Of a DNA stretch of 64,000 bases, positions 42,201-54,782 are shown piece by piece. Below the pieces are notes generated by a model. It ran no database searches, was not told the DNA's origin, and saw only the letters and a list, made by a program, of their open reading frames with translations. The DNA lies in assembly GCA_964247055.1 (NCBI GenBank), contig OZ176052.1, positions 4,650,001 through 4,714,000 on the forward strand, given 5' to 3'. How positions within the stretch are numbered: the stretch's first letter is position 1; each line of letters opens with the position of its first letter. The stretch is from Paragordius varius. Taxonomy: Eukaryota > Animalia > Nematomorpha. The position numbers and the translations under genes are program-made.

Positions 42201-44340
42201 TTTTGAGTTTAGTAACCAATTTGATAATTTTCAATAGTGCTCCATATACTTCATAATTGAAGCTGGCACAAAACAATTTCAATAGTTTATGAAATTAAAC
42301 CTTATTTTTTATTCATTTTCCTTAGCAATTTAAGTTTAGTTCGGATCAATGACACAATATACGAGGGTTATGAGGCTCCTTATTATGCACAACCTATAGA
42401 GGATGCCCTCGTGGAATATGCCTTATATGGGTTTGACCCTACAATTTTTGAAACAACCGGAGACTATATAGTATCTCTTAAGGACGTAATATCTAATTCC
42501 AAAATTTATATCTACAAATACCTAATTAACGCTTATTATTACAGTAAAAACTGAAATTTCTGGGCAAAACGTGAAAATATAAAGACAAATATTTTTTATT
42601 TTAAAGACAACCATACTTTTTTAAACTTCATTTTTAGAAAGATAACTAATTGTTTCAAATGACAAAGTCTGAAATAAAGATATACAAAACTAACACAATC
42701 AATTCTATATTTTAAAAATGTAAGTAAATAGCTAATATGGGAAAAATTAAGGTTAAAAAAAATTATGGTTATCTTTTTAATAAAAACATTTGTCTTTATA
42801 TTTTTACGTTTTGTCCGTATAATTTTAATTTTTACTGTAATTTATTTTAATACATTGCCTTTAGTTATCTTATTTAGTTTAAAATTTTAACAAAAACTCA
42901 CAAAATATTTGATATATGAATTCTTTTAAGGTAACGCTTGATGCCTCAGGCCCCTTCAATCACCTGACTATAGCCAATCTGTTTAACATTTCTGAATCTA
43001 TTCAAATCAGTCCAAAAGATTATAAACAAGTTTAAACTATACACATTTCGTTATAAAGCGATTAATTATCTAAAAATCAGTTACTAAAATACCAAGGCCC
43101 TTCATTGATCAATGCATGACAAAAAATTTTGAGATCTTTTAACATTTAATTACCTTGTAAAATAGTTTTTAAATCGGTGCTATTTTAAAAGTAAATTAAT
43201 ATTATGGAAATTTTAGGAAAACATTTTAAAAAAATTCCTCATCTCATATTTTACCGCCATTTTTTATGATTTTGATAAATCGCATATTAAAATATTGTAA
43301 ATTTTATAAGTAGTAGTTATTGATTCAGCTGTTTGTTTAGATCTGATTCTCCTAATTTTAAAAAGTTATATAACAGTATCAATAATAATGTTCTATAATA
43401 ATAATTTATCATCTTAAGTAGTTATAAAGAGAAAAACAAAATTGCCTGCAATTTAATTTAGTATCTTAAGTGTTATATTTTATAGCATTAATCCTTTTTT
43501 ACAAATATTTGTCATATAATTTTAAAAGCTATAAAGAGAAAAACGAATAGCCTGCAATTTTTAAGACTATATAAAAATCAGGATTCTGATGCATAAAAGA
43601 TATGGTGATAATTATCCAAATTTGACACCCACCCAATGCAAAATTTCATGTTATAATTATAAATAATAGGTGCTTGTTCACCAAACGAATTCTGGAGTAT
43701 TGATTAACCTTACTAATAATGATGATCAAACTACGTCCACATTCTACCCACATTACATTGTATCTGGGTACAGTAAATGGAATACTAATGAAAACGTGGA
43801 ACCTAATGAATATTCTGAAAATGAACCCGAAGGCTCTGTTTTTCTTCACGACCCTAGACCGTTCCAAACGTGTCAAACTTTGAATGAAACGAATTATTAA
43901 ATCACTTTTTTACAACGCTTGATCAATTTTTTAACAATATTAATAAATATGGGTTGCATTCATTGTTAAAGTGTGAGATTATTAGCAGGCTTATTACTAT
44001 ATCTAGTTTTGGTTGGTTGATGTATTTCGCATGGCAACACATCCCATTGATGTTTTCCGCTATTTATTATTTATAGTATCATTATTTCCATCGCAACAAC
44101 TATAACAATATAATTGAATGTTTTTGAACAAGTAACCAAAGTACTTTTTTAAAGGGCGTATTTAATGGTTTTACTTCGCTTATAAAGACGTGATGATTAT
44201 GATATCCTCTACGATTGATTATTTCAATGATTGTAGCTTAAAGTATTATACGGTACGATTAAAACCATCGCCGTAATTTTATAGTTATTACTATCAAATT
44301 ATCCTCCATGCCTGTGAAATTATTCAATGCATTGATTTTA
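39292..44340 (+). CDS. Unidentified multi-exon secreted/cell-surface protein with fibronectin type III-like repeats; 3' end not resolved, may extend to ~47080
   Basis: Signal-peptide-like MYSILTILFGTIGVLAAQG. Exons ~39665-39797, ~39985-40155, ~40280-40345 (NFLTSIP..DQIFKCSVTTLNRRGRGLPS), ~41680-41762, ~42327-42485, ~42930-43027, ~43670-43869 and ~44287- (DPRPFQTYYYQIILHAC). Some joins need a 1-nt correction. Confidence 0.55.
40600..41270 (-). pseudogene. Decayed hAT-family transposase fragment
   Basis: RVALLPAIN..LLSQECPTVLENFFE..LFQNVIKLVEG..FLPFTIRNSINDLEG with stops and frameshifts. Confidence 0.6.
42542..42837. mobile_element. CAGTAAAA/TA MITE, copy 2
   Basis: TA|CAGTAAAAACTGAAATT ... 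CCGTATAATTTTAATTTTTACTG|TA. Confidence 0.85.
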
Positions 44341-47096
44341 TATTAATTCTGAATATAAATTTATATAATTTGCACTAAAATGCATTGTCTAATAGGTTCG
44401 AATAATTTGTAGCAATATTTGCATTCTATACACATTACACACAGAAATACACTAGAGGAAATATGGATTTTCTTAAAAAATAGTATCAGGATTTTGAGGG
44501 ATTTATAAAATTTATTTTCACTTTTTACTAATTGCTTCAAATAGAAAATTCACAAATTTGCTCACATTATGCTAAATTAAGTTTTTTGGTGAAAGCTAGA
44601 CGTTTCATTCCAAAAAATACAAAACATATCATTTATTATATTTTTAAAGCAAAAATACTTAAAAATTCTTATTATTTTAGATGAAAGTAGATTTTAGCGC
44701 CCTATAAAATGTGAGTTTTTTTAAAATGGCAATAAGGCCGAGATTGCGAAAAAACAATTTTTGATAGATGGTTAAATATGACATCAAAAAAGAAATTTTT
44801 TAAAAAACAACATTTTCTTTATAATTTATTTTTGTCTGAAGCCTTCCTCCTATTTTAAGTGATGGAAACGGTAACGCTTTAAGATACAATAAAATCACTT
44901 TCGATGCAAGAAGACGCTGAAAACCTCTATCACCGATTTAATTTCAAAGATTTGTTTGCGGTCGAGTTTAAATGGTTTTTTGTAAAAAAATAATTTTTTA
45001 ATCTAATTTGAAAGACAGACTAATTTTAAATCAAAATAAGGTGATAGAGCTACTTGCATAGAAAAAGTCTTTTTATAAATTTTAAACCTTTTATTCGTGT
45101 CACCATGCTTAAATATGGCATGAAGTAGGCTTCAAAAAATTTCCTGAATAAATCTTAAAGCAAATCATGCATTTTTTCATATATAAATATTTGTCATGAT
45201 CTACCATGTATAAATTATTATCTAATGGGATTGCGCGTTTATGTTAAGAAAGCAAGCCAGTTTAGTAAAGAGCCAATATTTTTCTGAGGCACACAATATT
45301 TTATAAAAATTTTGTTTGTATTTTCAAGTGTATTTGTTTTATAATATTGTTATTTTTTGGAATGAAGCCTTTAGTCATAACTAAAAATATTTTATTTAGC
45401 TAAGTCAAATTTTGTAATTTTAGTTATCGAGGATATTTAGCACAAAAGAATGATTTTAGTATTTCGCTCGTATAGTCCCAAACCAAAATATTTTTTGCTG
45501 GATAATGTGCGCAATTTCTGGGACATGGATCAATTACCACAAAAGTAAAAATATTTTTCTTATACCGCTTGTAAGGCTCAAAACACACAGCACTATGACA
45601 ATCCTGTATTTATCTATAAGAATATATACATATATGTCATCAGAGTATATACACCGCGATTTTGTGCACAACATTCATACTAATTTGATATTTTAGATTT
45701 AGAACACCACAGATTTTTGAGACCTTATAAAAATACAAATATTTTATATTAAAAGACTGGTGAATTTTAATTATAGGAAATTTAAAAATCATTACATTAT
45801 GTAGAAAAGGTTTTATACACCGTTTATAATGTGAATTTTTAAATAGTGTTCTACATATTAAGAAAATTATTTAAAATAGGTTTTGTCAATTTTATTTGGG
45901 TGCAAATTCTGAAAATATTTGTTTTGTTCAATCTTGACTCTTCAACATTATTATAAAGGCTTTTAGCGGATCCAAATATTAGTCTCGCACATACATAAAT
46001 AAATTACACTTCATTACCTTTCCACTTTTTTGCACAGTTTAAAAAGTAATATTAGTTAAAATTATCAAACATTGTTCTCATATATTAGATAAAAAAGCTA
46101 TTTACTGGTTTGTGTTTTATACAAAATAAAATTGGGACCGCTCCAAAACACGATTGAAACGAACAGCTGATAATAAAATTTATATCAAGTTTTGCTGGTA
46201 AAATGTAGTCTGAAAGCTTCCTCAAGTTTTTTTTACCTTAATATATGCCTGTTGCATTGGCGAAAGAAAATTTGTAAAAAAATGGCGGCTAAAAAGTTTG
46301 AGATGCGAATTTTTTTACAAACATTTCTAAAAAAATTTTTTGTATAATGCGCTTAAAAGACTAAAGAAACCATATTTTAAATTCGGTGTAATAAATATTT
46401 TAAATACTTTTAAGATATTCGAATTTAAAATCACTCTGGAATTTAACACTACCCCAAAAGATAATGGACTGTTAAATAGATGGATCCGACATTCTCACAT
46501 CAACATCCGCAGTGCGCTAACTTTGAGATTTTTACATATTGCCAGCACTTAGTCGGAAATTGATTTGATAAATAATAAAGTCATGAATTAAAAATATTAT
46601 AGGAAAATCTATCAGGATCGTTGTGATTTTGGTTATGGCGCATACGAGTGATTCAAAAAGTTATTTTTATTTTTGTGGCCACTGATTCATATCAAAAAAT
46701 GGCAAAATTTTTGCATATTTTGTTAAATAAAGTTTGAAAGATAAATGCTTTATTCCAAAAAATATTACTAAAATACATCATCAAGCAAAACAATATTTTT
46801 ATAAAATATATTTTTATTTTTTGAAAGTCCCAAATTTTTCGCCCTTTTACATGGGATAGATCTTTTAAAATAAACCCAAAAATGCGGATATAATTTTTAA
46901 ATGCTAGATTATGGCATCTAAAAACATTATCCAGAAATGCATACTTTGTTTAAAAATTTGATCTTTAGCGCAACATTTTGTTTCAACGTATTTCATAATA
47001 TTTTCAGGCATGCTACAATGTAAAAACGCCTTAAGTATATTGATGCTGGACATTTTATCACCTCAGAAATTTAATTAGTCCTAAAATTTATGTTAA

Positions 47097-47606
47097 CAGA
47101 TTCAAATTGGGGTATCTAAATACCCCAGACAATATTTTAGTTAATATTTTTAAAAAAACTATTTAAGGAAAAGGTCCAAATTCTCTGTCCTAATAAAAAT
47201 ATATAAATAAGTCAAAATATCAAAATAAAATTAAAATTTGAAAAAACTCCATTTTAAACTATTTGGACGCCATTTTTATTTTACAACATTTTTGCAAAAT
47301 ATCGTGTTTATTTGATTTTGAGCCTAAAAATAAGTTTTCTTTATAAAAATCACATTTAACATTGATATAAATAGAAAAAGTAACATAATTTGCATACACA
47401 CAAATTTATACCTTTAGGTTTTACTTCTGAAAAAGAAATATTAAGTATTTTTATTATAGTTCGGTTCTTTAATGTTATATAAGTGCAAACTTTTGCCATG
47501 GCTTCAATGTATTCCATATTTTTTACAATATTTAATAAACAAGCCTAGGGTATCTAACTACCCCAATTTGAATCGAAGACTGAAATGCATGTGTTGTATC
47601 CAAGTA
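47097..47606. mobile_element. piggyBac-like MITE (TTAA TSD), copy 3
   Basis: TTAA|CAGATTCAAATTGGGGTATC ... GTATCCAAGTA|TTAA. Confidence 0.85.
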
Positions 47607-47759
47607 TTAATATAAATTGTATTTTTACAAAATTCACCCAATTTTAAAAATAATTCATAAAATTAAATTCTAAAACAAGAAAATGTTCAGCATCCTTGAT
47701 TTATATAAAAATAGGTTATCTATATAGTATAGCGTTTAAAAAAATAGAAGTGTTTAAAT

Positions 47760-49881
47760 CAGTGGTACTCACCAAAAAAATTTGACGGGCCAAATAAAAC
47801 ATATTTTTTTTTCGAGGGCCATGAACCTTATAATGGCAAATATTCCATAGCTATTTGACACATACGCACATATTTTTACTCTAAATCAGCACAATGAATT
47901 TTTTGCAGGTCGCATGTAAATCCAGCTAAAAACTCGTTTTGCACCATTTAGTTTTAAAAATTTAAATATTTTGATAGCAACATTTATTTTGATATTAACC
48001 AATAATTTTTGACAAATTTGGTTTCGCCTCATGGCAGGCCAATCTTAATACGTCTTCCATATGATCATTAGTTAAGCGATTTCGGTATGTATTCTTGATA
48101 CACTTCATTTTTGAATATACCGTCTCACACGTGTAAGTTGATGGAAAAACAGTTAAGATAACTTGAGCGCATTTTTTTATATTTTCATATTTATTTGGCA
48201 CAACTTGCCAAAACTCTACATATCTTTCTTCTCTACGATTTTCCTTAAATATAGCTTCCAGATTGGAATCATTTTTAAAATCAACGAATTCTTCAATGAT
48301 AAGCGCCTGATCAAAACCGAAAAGCTCAAGTTGCTTAATGTTGGATATATCCATTTGTCATGGATTTTCAACGAGTTTTAAGCAATTATGAATATTTTTT
48401 AATTCTTGAAATCTGAATTTCATCTCATAGATAAAAATGTTAAATGATTGTCTATTATTAAATAAATCTCCGCGGTAAATTCCATATTTTCCTTATAAAT
48501 CGTTTTAAGTGTAGGAAAATGTAGGAGTGTTTTATCTGTAAAATCTTGTTTATATATTATTGATTTCTCTTCAAAAGCAAATATATGATTAGCAAATTGG
48601 GTTTTTATTTTGCTTCCTTGAAGACTTGTATTAAAAGTACTAAGTTTATAAGTAATGTGGCAAAGGTAGGCTAAAAAATCCCACCATTTGTCACTATTAA
48701 TTTCCTCGTCAAACTTTTTGTTATCTTTTATAAAAAATAGAATTTCATGTCTTAAATCAAAAAATCTATTCAATACTTTGCTAAGGCTTTGCCATCTCAC
48801 AGCGGTGTACAAAAGAATATGATCAACTGTGGATATCTTTCAGAAGGTTTTTGAATTTTCTGCCACGAATGTTTACTATATCCACAACCGTTTTAATTAC
48901 TAAATTTAGTGATTCATCTTCACGCGAAACCAAGTTTTGCTGATGAATAAAGCAGTGAAAGGATTTTAAAAGAGGAATAAACCCTTTGTTTATTCCAATC
49001 ATAGAGGGACAGCCATCTGTGCAGATCGAAACCAATTTTTTCATAGATATACCATTATTATCGAAAAAAGTGCTAATTATTTCAAGAACACTACCTTTTG
49101 TGGTATTATTCATTGGCAAAAATTTCAAATATTCCTCGTTGATTATGTTGTCGTTGCAAAATCTCACGAAGAGCGCACATTGAGGTGTTGAACTTATATC
49201 AGTGCTAGAATCGATTGCAATACAGAAGTATTTGCAGTTTTTCTAAGCCAATAATTTATTGTTAAAAATATATTTCTTTCCTCATGATTTTCTGGTAATT
49301 TATGAGAATGATGGATTTTAAAATGTCTTTCACTATTGTATTTTTTTATAATTATGTTGTCCTATACAGGTAGCCAAATTGTTATTTAAAACGACAAAAA
49401 AATTATTTTCCCATTCTTTTTTGAAGGAGCGATTTTCATTGGATAATTTACGTTTTTTGGCATTAGATGTCATCCTTTAAATTTATGTTTATATATTATG
49501 TAAAAAATAGGAATATAAATTGAATTATGCTATAAAAAACAGGTCGAAATTTAATGATGTCGAGTTGAAAAATATTTTATAGGAGTGAGTTATAAAAATG
49601 ATGCAGGATTGCAATGACATGTATGTGCAATGGGTGAAAACAAAAAAGAAATGCAATAAAAATTTCAAAAAGAAAAGAAAATAGAATAAAGAAAAAGAAA
49701 CAACGTGTGCCCATCATAAATTTTAAAATCATTTTAATGTAGGAAAATTTTTCTACATTTCAAATTGGGTAAAAAATAAATATTATCAATTAAAATTATA
49801 AGTATCAATATGGTCATAGGGCAATTTTAAAGCACACTCAGGGCCGCATGCGGCCCGCGGGCCGGGGTTTGAGTATCACTG
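47760..49881 (-). mobile_element. hAT (Buster/SPIN-like) transposon, internally deleted and frameshifted transposase (~47995-49473)
   Basis: TIR CAGTG(G/A)TACTCA and perfect 8-bp TSD GTTTAAAT. KRKLSNENRSFKKEW, IAIDSSTD, ICTDGCPSMIG, HCFIHQQNL, VRWQS, FPSTYTCE..SKMK..YRNRL. Confidence 0.93.
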
Positions 49882-50527
49882 GTTTAAATAGTTGACCAAA
49901 GTAAAAAATATTTTTTTATTGCTGTAAACCATCATTAAAAATTCTTATTGATCTCGGCCCTATCGCTTTTGTTTTAAGAAAAATTCTTAATTTATGCGAA
50001 TTCTAAAATTTGCTTTTAGGGACCACCCAAAATTAAAATATAAAAATATTCTTTATCTCTTTTATTTTACGATCATTTTAATATTTTTTTTGGAATGAAG
50101 CAGTTAACTTTCACCAAAAAATTAACTAAATATGCGCAAATCGTATTTTCGAATATGGATCCTATACCACCCTGTGTAAATGATATTAATTATTTGTAAG
50201 CAAAAAAGCACCATAATAATCTTTATTCAGTTAGAACATAAAAAACATTTATATTTCATCTGGTCGCAGAATTTAAACCAAAAGTACAATTGAGAAATCC
50301 AAAACATATTATATCAAAATATTTAATCGCATCGGCACCGTGTACATAAAATGTTTGATAATTAAATTTTGGCAAAATATATTTTAGAATTACTAATGAT
50401 ATAAAAAAACACAATTATATTGTTTTAAATTTTTGTGTGAATAATATTAATTAATAGAGTAAATGAAGTAAGCCTAATATAAATTACCTGTTATTATTTA
50501 TAGGTGGTTATATGAATTTGTGGATAT

Positions 50528-51077
50528 ATGTCTGGTATACACGGTGCTGTTACCGACACTTCTAATCTACCCACAGATGAAGAATTGTCGAGTCCTGATA
50601 TTAAATTAACATCTTTGCCCTTGTTTGCAGGCGCCCGACATTTTGCGCGTTATTGTTATGCGCAAAACAATGTATTTGACAAGTTATTTTAGGAATTTTG
50701 GTTATGTCGCAAAGAAGAAAACGACCCTAGAAAATGTTTGAAAGAAGGGAAGATACTATCATTGTGCGCATTGGAATTTTTTGATAAAGTTAGAGAATTT
50801 TGTCCAAACGAGTTTAAAAAATTTTACAATTGTATTGATTGGAAGAGCTCAGAAAAATTTTTTGTAATGTAAGCATTCCTAATTATATAGGTGTCGAAAA
50901 GAGGAATTAGCATTTGATTATTGCGTTTACAATAATTTAGGAATTTTAAGATTTGAGCCAGGTTATTATTGCAGGCCTCATATTCATAATTCAAAGCGTC
51001 CTAAGCCAAAACAATATTTGGGTCGGACGTACCCTAACGATTTCTTGAAAGTTTACCCTGGCGATCAAAACAAATAA
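50528..51077 (+). CDS. NDUFA8: NADH dehydrogenase 1 alpha subcomplex subunit 8, 3 exons (introns 50672-50692, 50869-50890)
   Basis: LPTDEEL, EFWLCRKEENDPRKCLKEGK..CALEFF..C..F..FYNCIDW..CRKEELAFDYC (CX9C pattern). Confidence 0.95.
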
Positions 51078-51404
51078 TTTTTAACATATTTGGAGTGAAA
51101 TAAATTAAATATATTGAATATACTTAATTAATCTTTCATTATACGTTATTCTTTGCATTTTTAGTAACGGATAGAAATTTATATTTGTGATAAAGAATGA
51201 ATGTTTAGGTTGGTGAGCTATTTAAGGCTGTTAACTTAGTCGAATACAAGAATTAACCTATTTTATTATTATTTAATATCAAACCTAGCCTTATGCAAAA
51301 TAATAAGAGTAAGTCCTATATTCTAGTTAATCCTTATGTGCATATTAATACATGTAGTGAAAGCATAGTTCAAGCGAAAATAATTTATTAGTATTATCCA
51401 GATA

Positions 51405-52043
51405 TACCATTTGCATTTCAAGAGTGTCCTTGAACACTTTAAGTTTGTCCTTGAACATTTCAAATTAGTCCTTGAACATTTCAAATTGGCTCTTGAATAC
51501 TTCAAGTTGGTCCTTGAACACTTCAAGTTGGTCCTTAAAACTTTTAAATTTTGAACCATAATTTTTGCATGTATTTCTTAAGTTTATTATTTTTTAACCT
51601 AATTTTGTTTTTATTATATATTTATCATTTAAAAAAAAATTTATTTAAAAACCACTTTTTTATTTCTAACTAATTTTTTCCAATTTAACAAAATTATTAA
51701 TTATTAAATGTTTTCTATGAAAATATGTAAATAATAACCCAGAAAACTTATATATATTTTACGTATTAAAATCTTATAAATTTTCCAACAAACATTAGGA
51801 AATTAATTAAAATATACGGTTTTTCAATGATTAAAAGTTGATAATTTAAAATTTATGTTAAATAATAGAAAATAGGTTAAAAACGATAAAATTGATGAAT
51901 GATATACGATTTGATTGATAAAAGTTAAAAACAAAACAAAAAAGTCAAAGTGAAGTGTTCAAATTGGAATTTTAAAGGACCAACTTGAAATGTTCAAGGA
52001 CCAACTTGAAGTGTTGAAGGACATTCTTGAAGTGAAAATGGTA
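51405..52043. mobile_element. MITE with asymmetric arrays of 21-bp subterminal tandem repeats, TA TSD
   Basis: TA|TACCATTTGCATTTCAAGAG ... CTTGAAGTGAAAATGGTA|TA. About six units of TGGTCCTTGAACACTTCAAGT at left and two to three inverted units at right. Confidence 0.88.
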
Positions 52044-52273
52044 TATTACAATCATATCTGGTTGTAGGTGTGTCAGTGCTTATAGGTCTATCCTTAGGAA
52101 CTGTCTGAGGCTATGGGTAATTGTCGGTAATCCCTGTTGTCTTTCTTTTGGCTTCACGTTTCGCTCTAGTTGGCTCCAGCTGCCCCTAAATGGGCAATGC
52201 GTGATTTTTTATAAAAATGATGCAAGCTGATTTTTAATATACATCTGGTCGTAAAAACCAAGCTAACGGAATT

Positions 52274-53258
52274 ATGAATATTTTGGAAAAGTATTGTGCA
52301 TGTTTATTTCAGCATTATCGACAAAGCAATTTTTGACATCGATGCTTTGAATGATCCCATTGATAAAGATTGTTTTTACAAAAATTATTTAAAGCCATGT
52401 AAACCTTGTTTGATTGAATCAAATGTTATAAAATCTGATGATTGGTTATGCCATCGGTTAAAAGAATCATTTTCTGATTTACTTGTCAAAACTTTGGGAA
52501 ATACGGCTGTTGATATTTATGATTGTAATAATAAAAAAACCGAAAAAATGAATTTTAACGAATATGCTGAATATTGGAAAAATTCCAATGGAAATACATT
52601 ATATCTTAAAGATTTTCATTTTGCAAAAATACTGCCAAACATTTATAAAGTGCCTGAAATATTTATGGAAGATTGGTTAAATGAATACTATGATTCAGTA
52701 AAACCCAATGATGATTATAAATTTTTATATATGGGGTGTAGAGGTAGTTATAGCATGATGCACCATGATGTTTTGATGTCACATAGTTGGTCATATAATA
52801 TCTGCGGAGAAAAAGTATGGTATCTTTTTCCGCCATCGTTTGAAAAATATTTAACCAATAATATAGGAGAACCTCCAGATAATCTTGAAAAAACTTTTGC
52901 GCCTAGTGAATTCCCTTCATTGAGGAATATTCCATATTTCTATTTGATCAAACAAAAGGCTGGTCAATGTATATTTGTGCCAAGCGGGTGGTATCATGAA
53001 GTTCATAATAAAACACACAATATTTCTATAAACCACAATTTTATTAATTCATCAAATATTTATTTGGTAAAAGATTATATTGCCAAATCCTATGATTTAG
53101 TAAAGAAAGAAATACAACATTTAAATATGGAAGATTGGGAATCACAATGTCAAAAAATTTTGAAATCTTGGATTGGATTTGACCTTAGCGATTACAGAAA
53201 TTTTTTGCTATTTATCCAAAATAAAAAGGACATTAACTTATTGGATTATTTTTTATAA
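52274..53258 (+). CDS. JMJD4: JmjC-domain 2-oxoglutarate oxygenase JMJD4 (intron 52291-52312)
   Basis: DDYKFLYMG..SMMHHDVLMSHSWSYNICGEKVWYLFPP, QKAGQCIFVPSGWYHEVHN..ISINHNFIN. Confidence 0.9.
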
Positions 53259-53266
53259 TTAGTCAA

Positions 53267-53348
53267 GCGGTCGTGGCCGAGTGGTTAAGGCGACTGACTA
53301 GAAATCAGTTGGGATTTTCCCGCATAGGTTCGAATCCTATCGACCGCG
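53267..53348 (+). tRNA. trnS-AGA: tRNA-Ser (anticodon AGA)
   Basis: Acceptor GCGGTCG/CGACCGC, D-arm, anticodon stem ACTGA/TCAGT with loop CT-AGA-AA, long variable arm, TTCGAAT T-loop, and a T-run terminator. Confidence 0.97.
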
Positions 53349-53663
53349 TTTTTTTATTTATTGCTTTTCAGGGCCACAATTTCTCTAGAACAGGGGTGTC
53401 TAATACGTGGGGTTCTTTCATATTTTATGTGCGGCCCGCGCAAAATTTGCAAAAATATGCTCACAAAATTTTTGTAAACTGACTAAAAATCAGTTGGGAT
53501 TTTCCCACATAGGTTCGAATCCTATCGACCGCGTTTTTTTATTGTTTTAGGGCCACAATTTCTCTAAAACAGGGGTGTCCAATACGCGGCGGCCATTTCA
53601 TACTTTATGTGCGGTTCGCGCAAAATTTGCAACTCATTCGCAAAAATATGCTCACAAAATTTT
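53309..53663 (+). repeat. ~171-bp tandem duplication of the tRNA 3' half plus a hAT MITE left end; tRNA pseudo-fragment at 53480-53533
   Basis: TGACTA(G/A)AAATCAG..CCTATCGACCGCG..CAGGGGTGTC occurs twice in tandem. The second anticodon reads AAA and its 5' half is missing. Confidence 0.9.
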
Positions 53664-54782
53664 AGTTAAATGGATATATATTAAACATCTCAACCACATA
53701 TATGCCCCTCAAGCCATTTGTGTTCACCCTTGCTCAAGAATATATATTTTGCATAAAACTTTAAATTAGCTCTAAAATTGTGTTAAATAAAATTGAATAA
53801 ATTAGAATTTTTTGTTACATACAATTATTAAAATAGAGTCTTGAAGGTCAGTAAGAATTCTGATCGAAAGGGCAGTTTTTTATTTTAAAAGCCAATGATA
53901 CTACCGAAAATAACTTCTGATAATGAAAGGATTTTGCCATAATAAAAACGGTGGTAAGAAACCGTATAGAATGCGTGAAAATTTTTGAATACAATAAATT
54001 AATCAATACTTTTAAACTACAAAAAGCGTATTAAACAGATTGAGTTTATTAGACAGGAACTTTTTAGAGTATATCATCTCCTAGATATTAGATATTTCGT
54101 CAGCCTAATAAATAGATATTAATTTTAAAATAATCAATTATATAGGAGAATTTTTTTATAAAATAGACATTTAGTGTCTATCCCTAATTGTTTTTCGATA
54201 TATATTTTTATTAACTTATTCCTTGTTAATTTTATTAAAAAACCTCTTGAGGATATAATTCTTTATTACCTGTGGTAAATTAAAATGCATTCTACGGCCG
54301 ATTAGGCACACACATAAAGTCCAAAGGCCCTCTCAATTCCTAATTTTTTAGTCCCAATAAAACTTGCATAAAATTTATGTGATAAGAAATGAGTTTTTAT
54401 AAAATGTATTTTATTTTAATTTGGTGGCATCAATTTTAAAATCAACAATTTTGAAACAAATTAATAATAATGACACTAATTGATTAACTAAAAGCCATAT
54501 AACAAAAATTGGTAACTTTTTGTTAATTAGGTTTTAAATATTATTTTTAAATTTACAATATGGCCCTAACTGTATGACACTAACAAAATTTACTTTAAAA
54601 AGCCATATTTTATTGATTTTTATATTTTTTGAGCAAACATTCAAGAATTTACACAAAAAGCCATTAATTTACTAAATTTATTTAATGACATTAGAAATAT
54701 TTAAAAATGCTATTTTTCATAATTGATCGTTTTGTGTGTTTGGTTGTCGTTGGCATGGCAGATTGGACGGATTTCTAAATTA

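Noticed and set aside
45640-45680. YIHRDF as a kinase catalytic loop
   Set aside because: There is no LAARN/LKPEN continuation, DFG or other kinase motif nearby.
51420-51545. 21-bp repeats as a CRISPR array
   Set aside because: Units are directly tandem with no unique spacers, lie inside a TIR element, and the DNA is eukaryotic with no cas genes.
51323-51559. ORF with KCSRTNL heptad repeats
   Set aside because: It is simply the translation of the 21-bp MITE repeat.
52061-52235. U3, U4 or RNase MRP RNA
   Set aside because: Only short isolated matches (AGGTCTATCC; GAGCG..GTGAAGCC). The required boxes, Sm site and P4/P1 pairings are missing.
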